Below, piece after piece: positions 18,317-28,271 of a stretch of 41,455 bases of DNA; positions within the stretch are counted from its first letter, which is position 1, and each line of letters opens with the position of its first letter. A program made the translations under genes and the position numbers. The DNA comes from an uncultured Methanosarcinales archaeon. Lineage in GTDB: Archaea; Nanobdellota; Nanobdellia; Woesearchaeales; CAYPCY01. The notes under the pieces are model-generated. The model was not told the DNA's origin and searched no databases. It saw only the letters and a program-made list of their open reading frames with translations. The DNA is taken from the NCBI GenBank assembly GCA_964409385.1, contig CAYPCY010000001.1, forward strand, positions 1 to 41,455. The letters run 5' to 3'.

Positions 18317-19459
18317 ATGGTAGTTACTCCTTGGGAAGTTAAAGGAACAATAGATTACAACAAACTAATTAAAGAATTTGGAGTTTCTAAAATAGATAAT
18401 AAATTAATAAAAAGTATTCACGCACAAGCAAAAAAACAAGGATTGAAAAAACATCATTTTCTTAGAAGAAACATTTTCTTTGCACATCGTGACTTGAACT
18501 GGTTACTTGAAGAATATAATAAAGGAAACAAGTTCTTTCTTTATACTGGAAGAGCACCCTCTGGCAAGATTCATTTAGGACATTTAATTCCTTGGATGTT
18601 TACTAAATGGTTACAAGATGTTTACAAAGTAGAATTATGGTTTCAATTTCCAGACGAGGAAAAATTCTTGTTCAAAAAAAATCTAACTATGGAGGAGACA
18701 GAAAAATATACTACTGATAATATGCTTGATATTATTGCTTTAGGATTCGACCCTAAACTAACACATTTTATTATTGATACTAAACATGCAAGTTTAATGT
18801 ATAAAGAAGCAATTAAGATAGCCAAGAAAATTACATTTTCCACAGTAAAGTCTTCTTTCGGATTTAAAAACGATCAAAATATCGGTGCAATATTCTATAC
18901 TGCAATGCAAGCAGTACCAACCATTCTTCCTTCAATAATTAAAGGGAAAAAGATTCCTTGTTTAATTCCCCACGCAATCGATCAAGACCCTCATTTTAGA
19001 GTTTCTAGAGATGTAATCAGAAAGTTAGGCTATCACAATCCTGCATCAATACAATGTAGATTCCTACCAGGATTAGGAGGTCTTAAAGAAGATGGTAAAA
19101 TGTCCTCATCTGGAAAATATAATAGTTCAATACATACAACTGATGATCATAAAACTGTAAAGAAAAAAATTAACAAATACGCATTCTCAGGAGGACAATC
19201 TACTATAGAAGAGCACAGAAAATTAGGTGGTAATCCTGACATTGATGTTTCTTACCAATGGCTTACTTTCTTTGAAGAAGATGATAAAAAACTAGAAAAA
19301 ATATATAATAATTACAAGTCAGGGAAACTTCTTTCTGGTGAACTAAAAAAAATATTAATTAATAAAATAAATAAATTCTTAGAACATCATCAGAAAGAAC
19401 GGGAAAAGGCAAAGAAAAAAATTAATAATTTCATCTACAAACCTCAAATTTTTAAATGA
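18317..19459 (+). CDS. trpS: tryptophan--tRNA ligase (archaeal/eukaryotic type)
   Basis: VTPWEV..DY.KLI.EFG, YTGRAPS, HLGH, DQDPHFR, KMSSS; ATG 18317 preferred over TTG 18311. Confidence 0.96.
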   Translation: MVVTPWEVKGTIDYNKLIKEFGVSKIDNKLIKSIHAQAKKQGLKKHHFLRRNIFFAHRDLNWLLEEYNKGNKFFLYTGRAPSGKIHLGHLIPWMFTKWLQDVYKVELWFQFPDEEKFLFKKNLTMEETEKYTTDNMLDIIALGFDPKLTHFIIDTKHASLMYKEAIKIAKKITFSTVKSSFGFKNDQNIGAIFYTAMQAVPTILPSIIKGKKIPCLIPHAIDQDPHFRVSRDVIRKLGYHNPASIQCRFLPGLGGLKEDGKMSSSGKYNSSIHTTDDHKTVKKKINKYAFSGGQSTIEEHRKLGGNPDIDVSYQWLTFFEEDDKKLEKIYNNYKSGKLLSGELKKILINKINKFLEHHQKEREKAKKKINNFIYKPQIFK

Positions 19460-19478
19460 GACCTTAATCTTAACTATT

Positions 19479-20063
19479 ATGAAAATATTAGCGTTTACTG
19501 ATATTCACAGTAGCAAGAAATACATTGATGAAGTTAGAAAGAAAGCTAAAGAAGCAGACTTACTAGTTTGTGCTGGAGACATTACAGTATTTGAACAAGA
19601 CATTGAACATGTTATTGAAGAATTAAATAATCTTGGCAAGAAACTCTTATTAATTCATGGAAATCATGAGGATTCAACACTTGTTGAAGTTTTATGCAAG
19701 AATAAAAAAAATATTGTTTTTATGCATAAGAAAGTTTTTGAATATGAAGGAATAACATTTTTAGGATTTGGAGGTGGAGGATTTAGTCGAAGAGAACAAG
19801 AATTTGAAACTTGGATAAACTCATTAAATCTTAACAACAAAAAAATAGTTTTTATTCACCACGCACCACCATTTGGAACAATCCTGGATTTCTTTGGAGA
19901 TGAACATCATGGTTGTGACTCTTACAAAAAATTTATTTTAAATTTCCAACCAATAATTTCAATTAGTGGACATTTTCATGAAACTTTTGGATTTAAAGAA
20001 AGTGTTAATAATACTTTAATGATCAATCCTGGACCTAAAGGAGAATTACTTGAAATAAAATGA
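19479..20063 (+). CDS. calcineurin-like metallophosphoesterase
   Basis: TDIH, AGD, GNHE, HHAPP, SGHFHE, NPG. Confidence 0.92.
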   Translation: MKILAFTDIHSSKKYIDEVRKKAKEADLLVCAGDITVFEQDIEHVIEELNNLGKKLLLIHGNHEDSTLVEVLCKNKKNIVFMHKKVFEYEGITFLGFGGGGFSRREQEFETWINSLNLNNKKIVFIHHAPPFGTILDFFGDEHHGCDSYKKFILNFQPIISISGHFHETFGFKESVNNTLMINPGPKGELLEIK

Positions 20064-20512
20064 TAGATTTTAAAGAGGCATTAAAAAAACTAGAAGAAAA
20101 TAAAATTTTCAAAGAAGAAAAAGGAATTTTAAGTCATGCATTCATAATGCCACCAAGTGAGGAATGGCAATTAGGATTTTATAACAAAAAAACAGATAAA
20201 GTAATCACTTACTTCATGAACGAAACAATAGAGAAAAGCCCGCCAACAGAGGTTATGAAAGAAAATCCTATTAATAAAATTAATATTTCTAAAGTTGAAA
20301 TTTCCTTAGAAGAAGCTTTAAAATTTGCTGAGGAAGAAACAGATTCTGAAATAAATAAGAAAATTGTTATATTACAAAATCTTGATATAGGCCAAATTTG
20401 GAACATAACTTTCTTGACAAAAGATTTCAAAGTGGTTAATTTTAAGATTGATTCTGAAAGCAAAAAAATTATTAAAAAAACTGACAATTCAATTTTTGAT
20501 TTCAAAGCTTGA
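20060..20512 (+). CDS. conserved hypothetical protein (PepSY-like C-terminus)
   Basis: WQLGFY; ISLEEAL..A...IWNITF...KIDS; ATGA-coupled to the upstream gene. Confidence 0.65.
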   Translation: MIDFKEALKKLEENKIFKEEKGILSHAFIMPPSEEWQLGFYNKKTDKVITYFMNETIEKSPPTEVMKENPINKINISKVEISLEEALKFAEEETDSEINKKIVILQNLDIGQIWNITFLTKDFKVVNFKIDSESKKIIKKTDNSIFDFKA

Positions 20513-20634
20513 AAACTATATTTTTGATATCAACATTATTTATATATCAGAAGTTTTTTATTCTAGAACATGGATATAAGTTACGAAGCAATGAGAAAAA
20601 GCAAGAAGCTTAAAGAGTTTTTTGAAGACTAAAA

Positions 20635-21300
20635 ATGCAAGCTTATATTGGAGGACTTCTTCAAAATAATAAAAGTATATGGAAAGATCATAATTCTTTA
20701 ATAGTATATTTTGCAGGTTCTAATTATAATTGTGACTTCTTTAACAATTCCCAATTCAAGAATCAAAAGAAAGAATTTCTCACAGATATTTCAATAATAA
20801 AAAAAGAAATTAGAAAATGTTCTCATATTATAGATGCTGTTGTTTTTTCAGGAGGAGAACCAACCCTACAAAAAGAACCATTAATAGACCTCTTAAAATT
20901 TTGCAAGAAAGAAAAACTAAAAACATTAGTTATTACCAATGCTACTAAAAACTTAGAGGAAATCTCTGAACTTTCAACAATCAGAATAGTAATACCTGCA
21001 CCTTTAGACTCTGATTGGAAATTCCTAGTTAAGTTCTCAGGATATTTTGTTAATGAAGAAGAAATCAAGAAGAATATTATAAATTCAATAAATAAAAATG
21101 ACGAATTTTATACTAGTTTAATTCCTGGAATTATCTTCAGGAAAGAACAATTTTTACTAATAGAAAACTTACTACCTGAAAATTCAAATTGGATAATTAA
21201 AATAAAAAAAGATAAGAATCTACCCTCAGAAGAATATGTTAATAATTTAGTGAATGAACTGAAAAAATTTAAAAAGATTAATATTACCCTGCTTAATTAA
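20635..21300 (+). CDS. degenerate radical-SAM activating-enzyme-like protein (NrdG/PflA-like)
   Basis: FSGGEPTLQ and TN motifs present, but CxxxCxxC is replaced by SNYNCDFF. Confidence 0.72.
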   Translation: MQAYIGGLLQNNKSIWKDHNSLIVYFAGSNYNCDFFNNSQFKNQKKEFLTDISIIKKEIRKCSHIIDAVVFSGGEPTLQKEPLIDLLKFCKKEKLKTLVITNATKNLEEISELSTIRIVIPAPLDSDWKFLVKFSGYFVNEEEIKKNIINSINKNDEFYTSLIPGIIFRKEQFLLIENLLPENSNWIIKIKKDKNLPSEEYVNNLVNELKKFKKINITLLN

Positions 21301-21842
21301 TGTTAAAAAGATTATTATTACTAACAATATTATTAGGTGGTTGTATGAATGAAGAAATTATTGTTTTAGAAACTAACAAGGGAAATATTGAAATTCTTTT
21401 AGATAGGGAACAATCCCCAGAAACTGTTGAAAATTTTTTATCCTATGCAGATTCAAAATTTTTTGAAAATACTGTATTTCACAGAGTAATTCCTGGTTTT
21501 ATGATTCAAGGAGGAGGATTTACTACTGAAGGTATTCAAAAGACAACTAATCCTCCTATTAAACTAGAATCAAACAATGGATTAACCAATGCTAACGGAA
21601 CTGTTGCCATGGCAAGAACTAACGATCCTGATTCAGCAACTAGTCAATTTTTTATTAATGTTGCAGATAATAAATTTTTAGATTACACTTCACCATCCAA
21701 TCCAGGATATGCAGTTTTTGGAAAAGTCATTAATGGAATGGAAATTGTTTCTGAAATTGAAAGTGTAGAAACAACAACTAAAGGATTCAATCAAGACTGG
21801 CCAGTAGAAGACATAATTATTCTAAAAGTTTACAAAAAATGA
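21300..21842 (+). CDS. cyclophilin-type peptidyl-prolyl isomerase, likely exported
   Basis: FHRVIPGFMIQGGG, AMART..PDSATSQFFIN, YAVFGKV; N-terminal LLGGC lipobox-like signal. Confidence 0.95.
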   Translation: MLKRLLLLTILLGGCMNEEIIVLETNKGNIEILLDREQSPETVENFLSYADSKFFENTVFHRVIPGFMIQGGGFTTEGIQKTTNPPIKLESNNGLTNANGTVAMARTNDPDSATSQFFINVADNKFLDYTSPSNPGYAVFGKVINGMEIVSEIESVETTTKGFNQDWPVEDIIILKVYKK

Positions 21843-22036
21843 ATGAAACAATATCTCACCCAGTACTTCAAGCAATAACTAATTTGATGAGTTTTGTGAG
21901 TGTAACTATAGGTGGCATTTTTGGTTTATACCTAATTTTAGTTTTTTTAAGATGGAGAGAATCATTAGCTGTTAAAAAAATGCTTAATAATATCCATAAA
22001 GAATTAAAAAAATTAAATAAGAATCATCCTAAATAA
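21839..22036 (+). CDS. small single-TM protein
   Basis: ORF coupled to the PPIase stop; GGIFGLYLILVFLRWRE. Confidence 0.6.
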   Translation: MNETISHPVLQAITNLMSFVSVTIGGIFGLYLILVFLRWRESLAVKKMLNNIHKELKKLNKNHPK

Positions 22037-22725
22037 CTTAATGATTTTTTATCAGAAGCTTCCACAGCATTATTACTTTCTTTCAACAATTTTTGAAGTT
22101 TCTTCTCAAAATTCTCTGCTTGTTTTATCAAGGGCTTATAATCAACATTCAAGCCTAAATAATTATCCAATACTTCTATAACTTTTGCCGCAGCCTTACT
22201 ATCAGGTAAAGCACTATGTGTTTCTGCAAATATACAATTTATATCTTTAGTTTTTAACATCATAGCAGAAGTAACTCCAACAACTACACTCTCATCAATC
22301 GGAGACAAATTTAGTTTTTTTAGATTATCATTTCCATAATAAAACAATTTAGCCTGACTTCCTGATTCTAAAGGTAATTGTGCGTTAACACCTTCAACAC
22401 TTATTATTTCTTTAGCCTTCAAAGTTTTAGCCATTTCAAGAATAGCATCTGCAATAGCCCATTCTTTTCCTTTCATTGTTAAAATAGTTTGTAAAATTAT
22501 CAAATTATATTTTTTAGAATAATAAACAGCCATAGGCTTCAATAATTCTCCCTTGTGTATTGTTACTAATGCTGGAAGATCGTCATATTCAAACTCTCCT
22601 ATTAATTCACAATCTAAATTTTCAGTTAAAAATTGAGTTACTATAGTTCCCACAAGACCAAAGCCTGGAAATCCTTCAATAATTATTGGTTTTTGCGGTT
22701 TCTTACTTAAATTAATTTTCATCAA
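22024..22725 (-). CDS. PAC2 family proteasome assembly chaperone
   Basis: IEGFPGFGLVG.I, PDSKAAA, L..QAE..E. Confidence 0.9.
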   Translation of the reverse strand: MMKINLSKKPQKPIIIEGFPGFGLVGTIVTQFLTENLDCELIGEFEYDDLPALVTIHKGELLKPMAVYYSKKYNLIILQTILTMKGKEWAIADAILEMAKTLKAKEIISVEGVNAQLPLESGSQAKLFYYGNDNLKKLNLSPIDESVVVGVTSAMMLKTKDINCIFAETHSALPDSKAAAKVIEVLDNYLGLNVDYKPLIKQAENFEKKLQKLLKESNNAVEASDKKSLSYLG

Positions 22726-22762
22726 GATTACTTCCTAAAATTCAATATATAAAACTTTTCTT

Positions 22763-23437
22763 TTATTTTCCAAACCTTCTTTCTCTAGACTCATACTCTT
22801 CAATCACATTCTGAAAATCTTCCTTGGAAAAATCAGGCCACATAACATCAAGAAAAAACAATTCTGAATATACTGATTGCCAAGTTAAGAAATTACTGAG
22901 TCTTCTCTCACCACCAGTTCTTATTATAATATCAGGTTGAGAATCTAAATACAAATATTTTGAAAAGGTCTTAACATCTATATCTTCAATATTTTCATTC
23001 AATACTTTCTTAACAGCATCAATAATTTCCTCCTGACCTCCATAACCCAAACAAATATTCACTTTATACTTATCAAAAGATTTAGTTTTCATCATTAAAT
23101 CATTCATTAAATCCCTTAACTTTTCTGAAAATGAACTTAATTTTCCAACAAATTTAATTTTTACCTTATTATCTTTAAGTTCCTCGAACTTTTCATTCAA
23201 TAATTCACTCATTAAATTACCAAATATTTTCATTAGAAAATCAAATTCTTCCTTAGGTCTATTAAAATTTTGTATAGAAAATGCATAGAATGTAACTTCT
23301 TCAATACCTGAATCCCTAGTCCATTCAAGAACATCTTTTAACTTTTCAGCACCCTTTCTATGACCTTCCCAAGGTTTTTTTAATAATGATTTCGCATACC
23401 TTCTATTACCATCCATTATGAATGCTACATGTTTCAT
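22763..23437 (-). CDS. uppS: cis-prenyltransferase (polyprenyl diphosphate synthase)
   Basis: HVAFIMDGNRR, YAFS.QNF.R, YGG, IRTGGERRLSNFL.WQ, RRFG. Confidence 0.96.
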   Translation of the reverse strand: MKHVAFIMDGNRRYAKSLLKKPWEGHRKGAEKLKDVLEWTRDSGIEEVTFYAFSIQNFNRPKEEFDFLMKIFGNLMSELLNEKFEELKDNKVKIKFVGKLSSFSEKLRDLMNDLMMKTKSFDKYKVNICLGYGGQEEIIDAVKKVLNENIEDIDVKTFSKYLYLDSQPDIIIRTGGERRLSNFLTWQSVYSELFFLDVMWPDFSKEDFQNVIEEYESRERRFGK

Positions 23438-23570
23438 TTCCTAAAACGAATAGTTAAACACTTTTATATTTTTTGAATAGTTTGATTAATTCCCTTGACC
23501 AATAAATTTATAAAAGAAATAATTTTCCCTGAAATTAGACCCATTTTCACTACTTTGGTAGGAGGGATTT

Positions 23571-24224
23571 ATGAACAAAGAACAATTCAAGAAGATTATT
23601 GAAAAATTACTAGATAATTCTCCTAAGAAGAAGTTCGATCAATCTGTTGAACTAATTTTTAGTTTTAAAGATTTAAACTTAAAAAAACCCGAAGAACAAC
23701 TTGATTATTTCATCAAATTACCCCATGGTTTAGGGAAGAAATTCAAAATTTGTGCATTAGTATCTACTGAATTAGAAGATGATGCAAAGAAAATTTGTGA
23801 TACTTCAATTCTAGCAAAAGATTTTCCAAAATATCAAAAAGATATTAAAAGCATTAAAAAACTTGCTTCAACACACAAATTCTTCATTGCACAAGCAAAT
23901 ATTATGCAGGATGTAGCTAAAGTATTCGGTAGAACTCTAGGACCAAGATCTAAAATGCCAAACCCTAAAGGTGGTTGTGTAGTTCCTCCAAAAACAGCAT
24001 TAAAACCACTTTATGAAAAACTCCAAGATACTATTCATGTTAAGGCAAAAGAACAACCAGTTTTTCAATCATTAATAGGAAAACAATCTCAAAAAGTTGA
24101 AGAACTTGCTAATAATGCTGCTTCACTATATGATTCTGTTATTCATCATTTACCCAAAGAAGCTAATAATCTAAAATCAGTCTATATTAAATTAACAATG
24201 TCAAAACCGGTTAAGATAGTTTAA
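23571..24224 (+). CDS. rpl1: 50S ribosomal protein L1
   Basis: KFDQSVEL, LPHG, GRTLGPRSKMP, KLTMSKP; GGAGG ribosome-binding site. Confidence 0.95.
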   Translation: MNKEQFKKIIEKLLDNSPKKKFDQSVELIFSFKDLNLKKPEEQLDYFIKLPHGLGKKFKICALVSTELEDDAKKICDTSILAKDFPKYQKDIKSIKKLASTHKFFIAQANIMQDVAKVFGRTLGPRSKMPNPKGGCVVPPKTALKPLYEKLQDTIHVKAKEQPVFQSLIGKQSQKVEELANNAASLYDSVIHHLPKEANNLKSVYIKLTMSKPVKIV

Positions 24225-24225
24225 A

Positions 24226-25179
24226 ATGAAAAATATTGAAATAAAGAAGAATAAAGTAAAAGAATTTACTGAGTTATTAGATTCTTACCCAATATTAGGT
24301 ATTGTTAATGTTGATTCTCTTCCTGCAAAACAATTACAAAATATGAGAAGTAAACTTAGAGGAAAAGTTCTTCTTAAAATGACTAAAGTAAGATTATTAA
24401 AAAAAGCTATTGAACAATCCAAAAAATCAAATATTAAAGATCTTGAGAAATACTTGGACGGTATGGTTATGGTTCTTTTCAGTAAAGAAAATCCTTTCTC
24501 ATTATTTAAAGTTCTTAAAAAGAATAAATCTTCAGCACCTGCAAAGGCTGGACAGAAGGCTCCTAAAGACATTCTAGTTTCTAAAGGAGGAACTAATTTA
24601 CCACCAGGACCTATGATTAGTCAACTTTCAAATGTTGGAATTAAGACTGGGGTTGAAAATGGTAAGATAGCAATTAAGGAAGACTGTATAGTTGCTAAAG
24701 AAGGAGATGAAATTTCACAACCTTTAGCTGAAGTTCTTACAAGACTTGAAATCGAACCTATGGAGATAGGACTAAACTTAAGTGCAGTTTACGAAAATGG
24801 AGAAATATTAACTAAATCAGTTCTAGACATTGATGAAGAAGCTTACTTGAATAACTTATCTACAGCATTCAATGATTCTTTCGCTCTTGCGATGGAGATT
24901 GGTTTTGCAACTAAAGAAACAGTCACTAAATTAATAGAAAAAGCATATAGAGAAGCAATTATTTTAGGAATTGAAAAAACAATATTAGAACCTGAATTAA
25001 TTAAAGAATTATTACAAAAAATACATCAAGAATCAAGCTCACTTTATAATAAAATAAACAAGATTGAAACCCCGAAAGAACAAGAACCTTCCAATAAAGA
25101 AGATGAAAAACCTACAGAAACTAAGGAAGAAGAAAAACCTACTGATACAGCAGCTGGTTTAGGGGCTTTATTCGGATAA
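24226..25179 (+). CDS. rplP0: 50S ribosomal protein L10/P0
   Basis: QLQ.MR..LRG, NPFSLFK, APAKAG, T..PPGP, C-terminal AGLGALFG. Confidence 0.95.
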   Translation: MKNIEIKKNKVKEFTELLDSYPILGIVNVDSLPAKQLQNMRSKLRGKVLLKMTKVRLLKKAIEQSKKSNIKDLEKYLDGMVMVLFSKENPFSLFKVLKKNKSSAPAKAGQKAPKDILVSKGGTNLPPGPMISQLSNVGIKTGVENGKIAIKEDCIVAKEGDEISQPLAEVLTRLEIEPMEIGLNLSAVYENGEILTKSVLDIDEEAYLNNLSTAFNDSFALAMEIGFATKETVTKLIEKAYREAIILGIEKTILEPELIKELLQKIHQESSSLYNKINKIETPKEQEPSNKEDEKPTETKEEEKPTDTAAGLGALFG

Positions 25180-25193
25180 ATGGAGGCATCAAA

Positions 25194-25505
25194 ATGGAAT
25201 ATATATACGCGGCTATGCTTTTACACAAAGCAGGCAAGGAAGTAACAGAAGCGAATGTTAAGAAAGTCCTCGAAGCTGCCGGCGTTAAGGCTGATACTGC
25301 AAGAATTAAGGCTTTGACAGTAGCTTTAGAAGGAGTTAACATTGATGATGTTGTAAAGAATGCTCCAGTAGCAACTGCTGCACCCGCTGCAGCTTCCGCA
25401 ACTGAAGCTTCAGAAGCAACTGAAGAGAAGAAAGAAGAAAAGAAAGAAGATGATAAAAAAACCGATGAGGAAGCGGCTGCTGGTATGGGCGCTCTTTTCG
25501 GTTAA
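25194..25505 (+). CDS. rpl12p: 50S ribosomal protein L12/P1
   Basis: [11 protein letters not shown], Ala-rich hinge, GMGALFG. Confidence 0.97.
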   Translation: MEYIYAAMLLHKAGKEVTEANVKKVLEAAGVKADTARIKALTVALEGVNIDDVVKNAPVATAAPAAASATEASEATEEKKEEKKEDDKKTDEEAAAGMGALFG

Positions 25506-25528
25506 TTCTTTTTTCTTTTTTTAATTAT

Positions 25529-26347
25529 GTGAGGATTATGCCAGAAAACTTTAATAAATTAAGAGAACAACTTTTAGCTATTTCTAAAAAGAAAGATAAA
25601 GCTTTTAAAAAAAGAGCAAGGACTAAAAAAGAAATTAGAGAGACTTTCAACCTAATAAAAGAAAAAAAGGGAGAAAGAGATTCTTACAATAAAGAAGTTA
25701 AGGAATTAAAAGAAAAAAGAAACATTCTTAATTCAAGAACAAAAGAACTTTCTAAAATTGTTAAATCATTCAAGGATGATTTGAAAACAGTAGATACTAA
25801 AATCAATCCTAGAGAATTACTTAGAACTATTGAAAAACTTGACTTGCAAATTGAAACTGAAGTAATTCCTTACGAAAAAGAAAAAGAGTTAATGAAACAA
25901 ATTAAAGATTTAAATGCTCAACTTGGAAAAATGAAAGATAAAGCAGAAAAATTCAAAGAGCATGATTCAAGCATTAAAGAATTGAGAAAAGTAAGAACTG
26001 AAAGTAATAACATTCACAAGAAGTTTATTAGCTTAACCAAGAAAAGTCAAGAATGTCATGAAATTATGATTTCTAACCTGAAACAAATTGATAATTTAAA
26101 AAAAACAGAAAAAGAAACAGAAAAAGAATTCGAAAGTATAAAAGAAGAATTTGATAATATTTCTAAAAAAGTAGGTGCAGAAGTAACCAATAATATTCAA
26201 AAAACACAAAAGAAAAAAACACAAAAGAAAAAGATAGAATCTAAAATACTAAAGAAAAGTAAGGAAGAAGTCGAACAGAAAATCAAAAAGAAAGAAAAAC
26301 TTACTACAGAAGACCTTATTGCATTCCAAAGCGAAGCAAAACTATAA
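25529..26347 (+). CDS. conserved archaeal coiled-coil protein
   Basis: RD.YN.EVKELKEKR, IETEV....EKEL...I, KLTTEDL..FQ. Confidence 0.75.
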   Translation: MRIMPENFNKLREQLLAISKKKDKAFKKRARTKKEIRETFNLIKEKKGERDSYNKEVKELKEKRNILNSRTKELSKIVKSFKDDLKTVDTKINPRELLRTIEKLDLQIETEVIPYEKEKELMKQIKDLNAQLGKMKDKAEKFKEHDSSIKELRKVRTESNNIHKKFISLTKKSQECHEIMISNLKQIDNLKKTEKETEKEFESIKEEFDNISKKVGAEVTNNIQKTQKKKTQKKKIESKILKKSKEEVEQKIKKKEKLTTEDLIAFQSEAKL

Positions 26348-26370
26348 AAACAAACTTCATAATCTAAAAT

Positions 26371-26492
26371 CCATTACCGAGATCGCATACATAACACCTG
26401 ATGTGTTGGTCGCGATTCGTCAGATAATTCACTCACATTCACTCTTGCCGAGATCGCATACTTAGTAATCAAAGATTACTGGTCGCAATCTC
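26371..26492 (+). repeat. two tandem hairpin units each beginning with the 5' end of tRNA-Ser
   Basis: CCGAGATCGCATA at 26377, 26448 and 26521 (the tRNA); the first two continue C..hairpin..TGGTCGC(G/A)AT. Confidence 0.8.
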
Positions 26493-26519
26493 TAAATAAA
26501 AACAAAAAAAACAACCATT

Positions 26520-26600
26520 GCCGAGATCGCATAGTGGTATTGCGTCAGCCTGCTAAGCTGATTCCTTCGGGAAGCCTGGGTTCGAATCCCAGTCTCGGCG
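26520..26600 (+). tRNA. tRNA-Ser(GCT)
   Basis: Acceptor GCCGAGA/TCTCGGC, anticodon arm TCAGC-CTGCTAA-GCTGA, long variable arm TTCCTTCGGGAA, T-loop TTCGAAT, discriminator G, no encoded CCA. Confidence 0.96.
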
Positions 26601-26606
26601 TAGAAC

Positions 26607-26762
26607 TTACAATTTCTTTATTATCCTTTCAACAAACGCATCATATTGGATTTCTGCTGCGAACATTTGAAACTCTTGAGGCATTTTCTCCATTGCCTTT
26701 ACTTCTTCCAAATGTTTTTTTAAAACGCTTTTTATTAAGGATTTCTCATCATTAGTTAACAT
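26607..26762 (-). CDS. small hypothetical helical protein (51 aa), absent from the ORF track
   Basis: MLTNDEKSLIKSVLKKHLEEVKAMEKMPQEFQMFAAEIQYDAFVERIIKKL*, convergent on the tRNA. Confidence 0.6.
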   Translation of the reverse strand: MLTNDEKSLIKSVLKKHLEEVKAMEKMPQEFQMFAAEIQYDAFVERIIKKL

Positions 26763-26842
26763 AAGTAATTAATTAATAGTTTAATATTTAATATTATCTA
26801 TTTCAGCGAAATGTTTTTATAATAATTAAAATTAAAAAGTGT

Positions 26843-28270
26843 ATGAAAGACAAAGGTATTACTATTACTAAAGAGAAAGACATGCCTGAATGGTATTCTC
26901 AAGTTGCTTTAAAGTCTAAACTTGCTGATTATTCTAGAGTTAAGGGCACAATGGTTATTAGACCTTATGGTTTTGCTATTTGGCAGAAGATACAGGATGA
27001 ATTCAATAAATTAATATCCAAAAACAATGTTGAGAATGCTTATTTTCCTTTATTCATTCCAGAAAGTTTTTTCAAGAAAGAAGCTGAACATGCTAAAGGT
27101 TTCTCTCCTGAAGTTGCTTGGATAGGGAAAAAAACCAAGGATAAGGAAAGAATTGCTATAAGACCTACTTCTGAAACGATAATGTATGATTCTTATAGTA
27201 GATGGATTAGGAGTTGGAGGGATCTTCCTTTAAAGATTAATCAATGGTGTAATGTTGTCCGTTGGGAAGTTAGTGATGTTAAATTATTTTTAAGATCTAG
27301 AGAGTTTTTATGGCAGGAGGGACATTGTGTTTATGAAACTGAGAAAGAGTGTGAAACAGAAACATTACATTATTTGAATCTTTACAAGAAAATTTCTGAA
27401 GAGTTATTAGCCGTTCCTGCTCTTTTAGGCAAAAAGACAGAAAAAGAAAAGTTCGCTGGTGCTAAAACTACTTACACCATAGAAACATTTACTGAAGAAG
27501 GTAAAGCTTTACAACTAGCAACATCTCATAATTTAGGTCAGAGTTTTGCAAAGGGTTTTAACATCAAATTTAAAGGCAGGGATGACAAAACTCATCTTCC
27601 TTGGCAGAACTCTTGGGGGTTTTCAACAAGGCTTATAGGGGCTTTAATAATGGCTCATAGTGATAATAAGGGTTTAGTTCTTCCTCCAAGCATTGCTCCT
27701 AATCAAATAGTTATAATTCCAATACTAAAAAAAGACTCTCAAAATGAAGTCTTGAAGAAAGCAAGACAATTAAAGGCTAAACTTAAAAAATATAGAGTTT
27801 TACTTGATGACAATACTTCTTACTCTTCTGGTTGGAAATTTAACGAGTATGAACTTCAAGGTGTTCCTTTAAGGATTGAAATAGGACCTAAAGATATTAA
27901 GAAGAAACAAGTTGTTATTGCAAGAAGAGACAATAGTAAAAAAGAATTTATTAAAGAAGCAACATTATCAAAAACAATAGAGAAAACATTAATTAATATA
28001 CAATCAGAACTTTTCAAAAAAGCAAATAAATTCCTTAAATCATCAATAATAGATGCTAAAACTTGGAATGACTTTAAAAAATTAGTAAAAGAAAAAAAAT
28101 TAATTAAAGCTTCTTTTTGTGGTAGACCTTCTTGCGAAGAAGAAATAAAATTTAAAACTGCAGGAATTACTTCAAGACTTGAATTATTAAACGAAAAAAA
28201 GCCTAAAGGAAAATGTATTAATTGTGATAAATTAGCAAATCAAAAAGTTATTTTTGGCAAAACCTATTAA
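26843..28270 (+). CDS. proS: proline--tRNA ligase (archaeal/eukaryotic type)
   Basis: RPTSET, NQW.NVVRWE, FLRSREFLWQEGH, SWG.STR, C-terminal Cys-containing domain ending FGKTY. Confidence 0.97.
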   Translation: MKDKGITITKEKDMPEWYSQVALKSKLADYSRVKGTMVIRPYGFAIWQKIQDEFNKLISKNNVENAYFPLFIPESFFKKEAEHAKGFSPEVAWIGKKTKDKERIAIRPTSETIMYDSYSRWIRSWRDLPLKINQWCNVVRWEVSDVKLFLRSREFLWQEGHCVYETEKECETETLHYLNLYKKISEELLAVPALLGKKTEKEKFAGAKTTYTIETFTEEGKALQLATSHNLGQSFAKGFNIKFKGRDDKTHLPWQNSWGFSTRLIGALIMAHSDNKGLVLPPSIAPNQIVIIPILKKDSQNEVLKKARQLKAKLKKYRVLLDDNTSYSSGWKFNEYELQGVPLRIEIGPKDIKKKQVVIARRDNSKKEFIKEATLSKTIEKTLINIQSELFKKANKFLKSSIIDAKTWNDFKKLVKEKKLIKASFCGRPSCEEEIKFKTAGITSRLELLNEKKPKGKCINCDKLANQKVIFGKTY

Positions 28271-28271
28271 A

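Noticed and set aside
26371..26534. CRISPR array
   Set aside because: Only three short repeats, the repeat is the tRNA 5' end, the intervening sequences share structure, and there are no cas genes in the window
26534..26755. 73-aa plus-strand ORF
   Set aside because: Overlaps the tRNA and is antisense to a better 51-aa ORF
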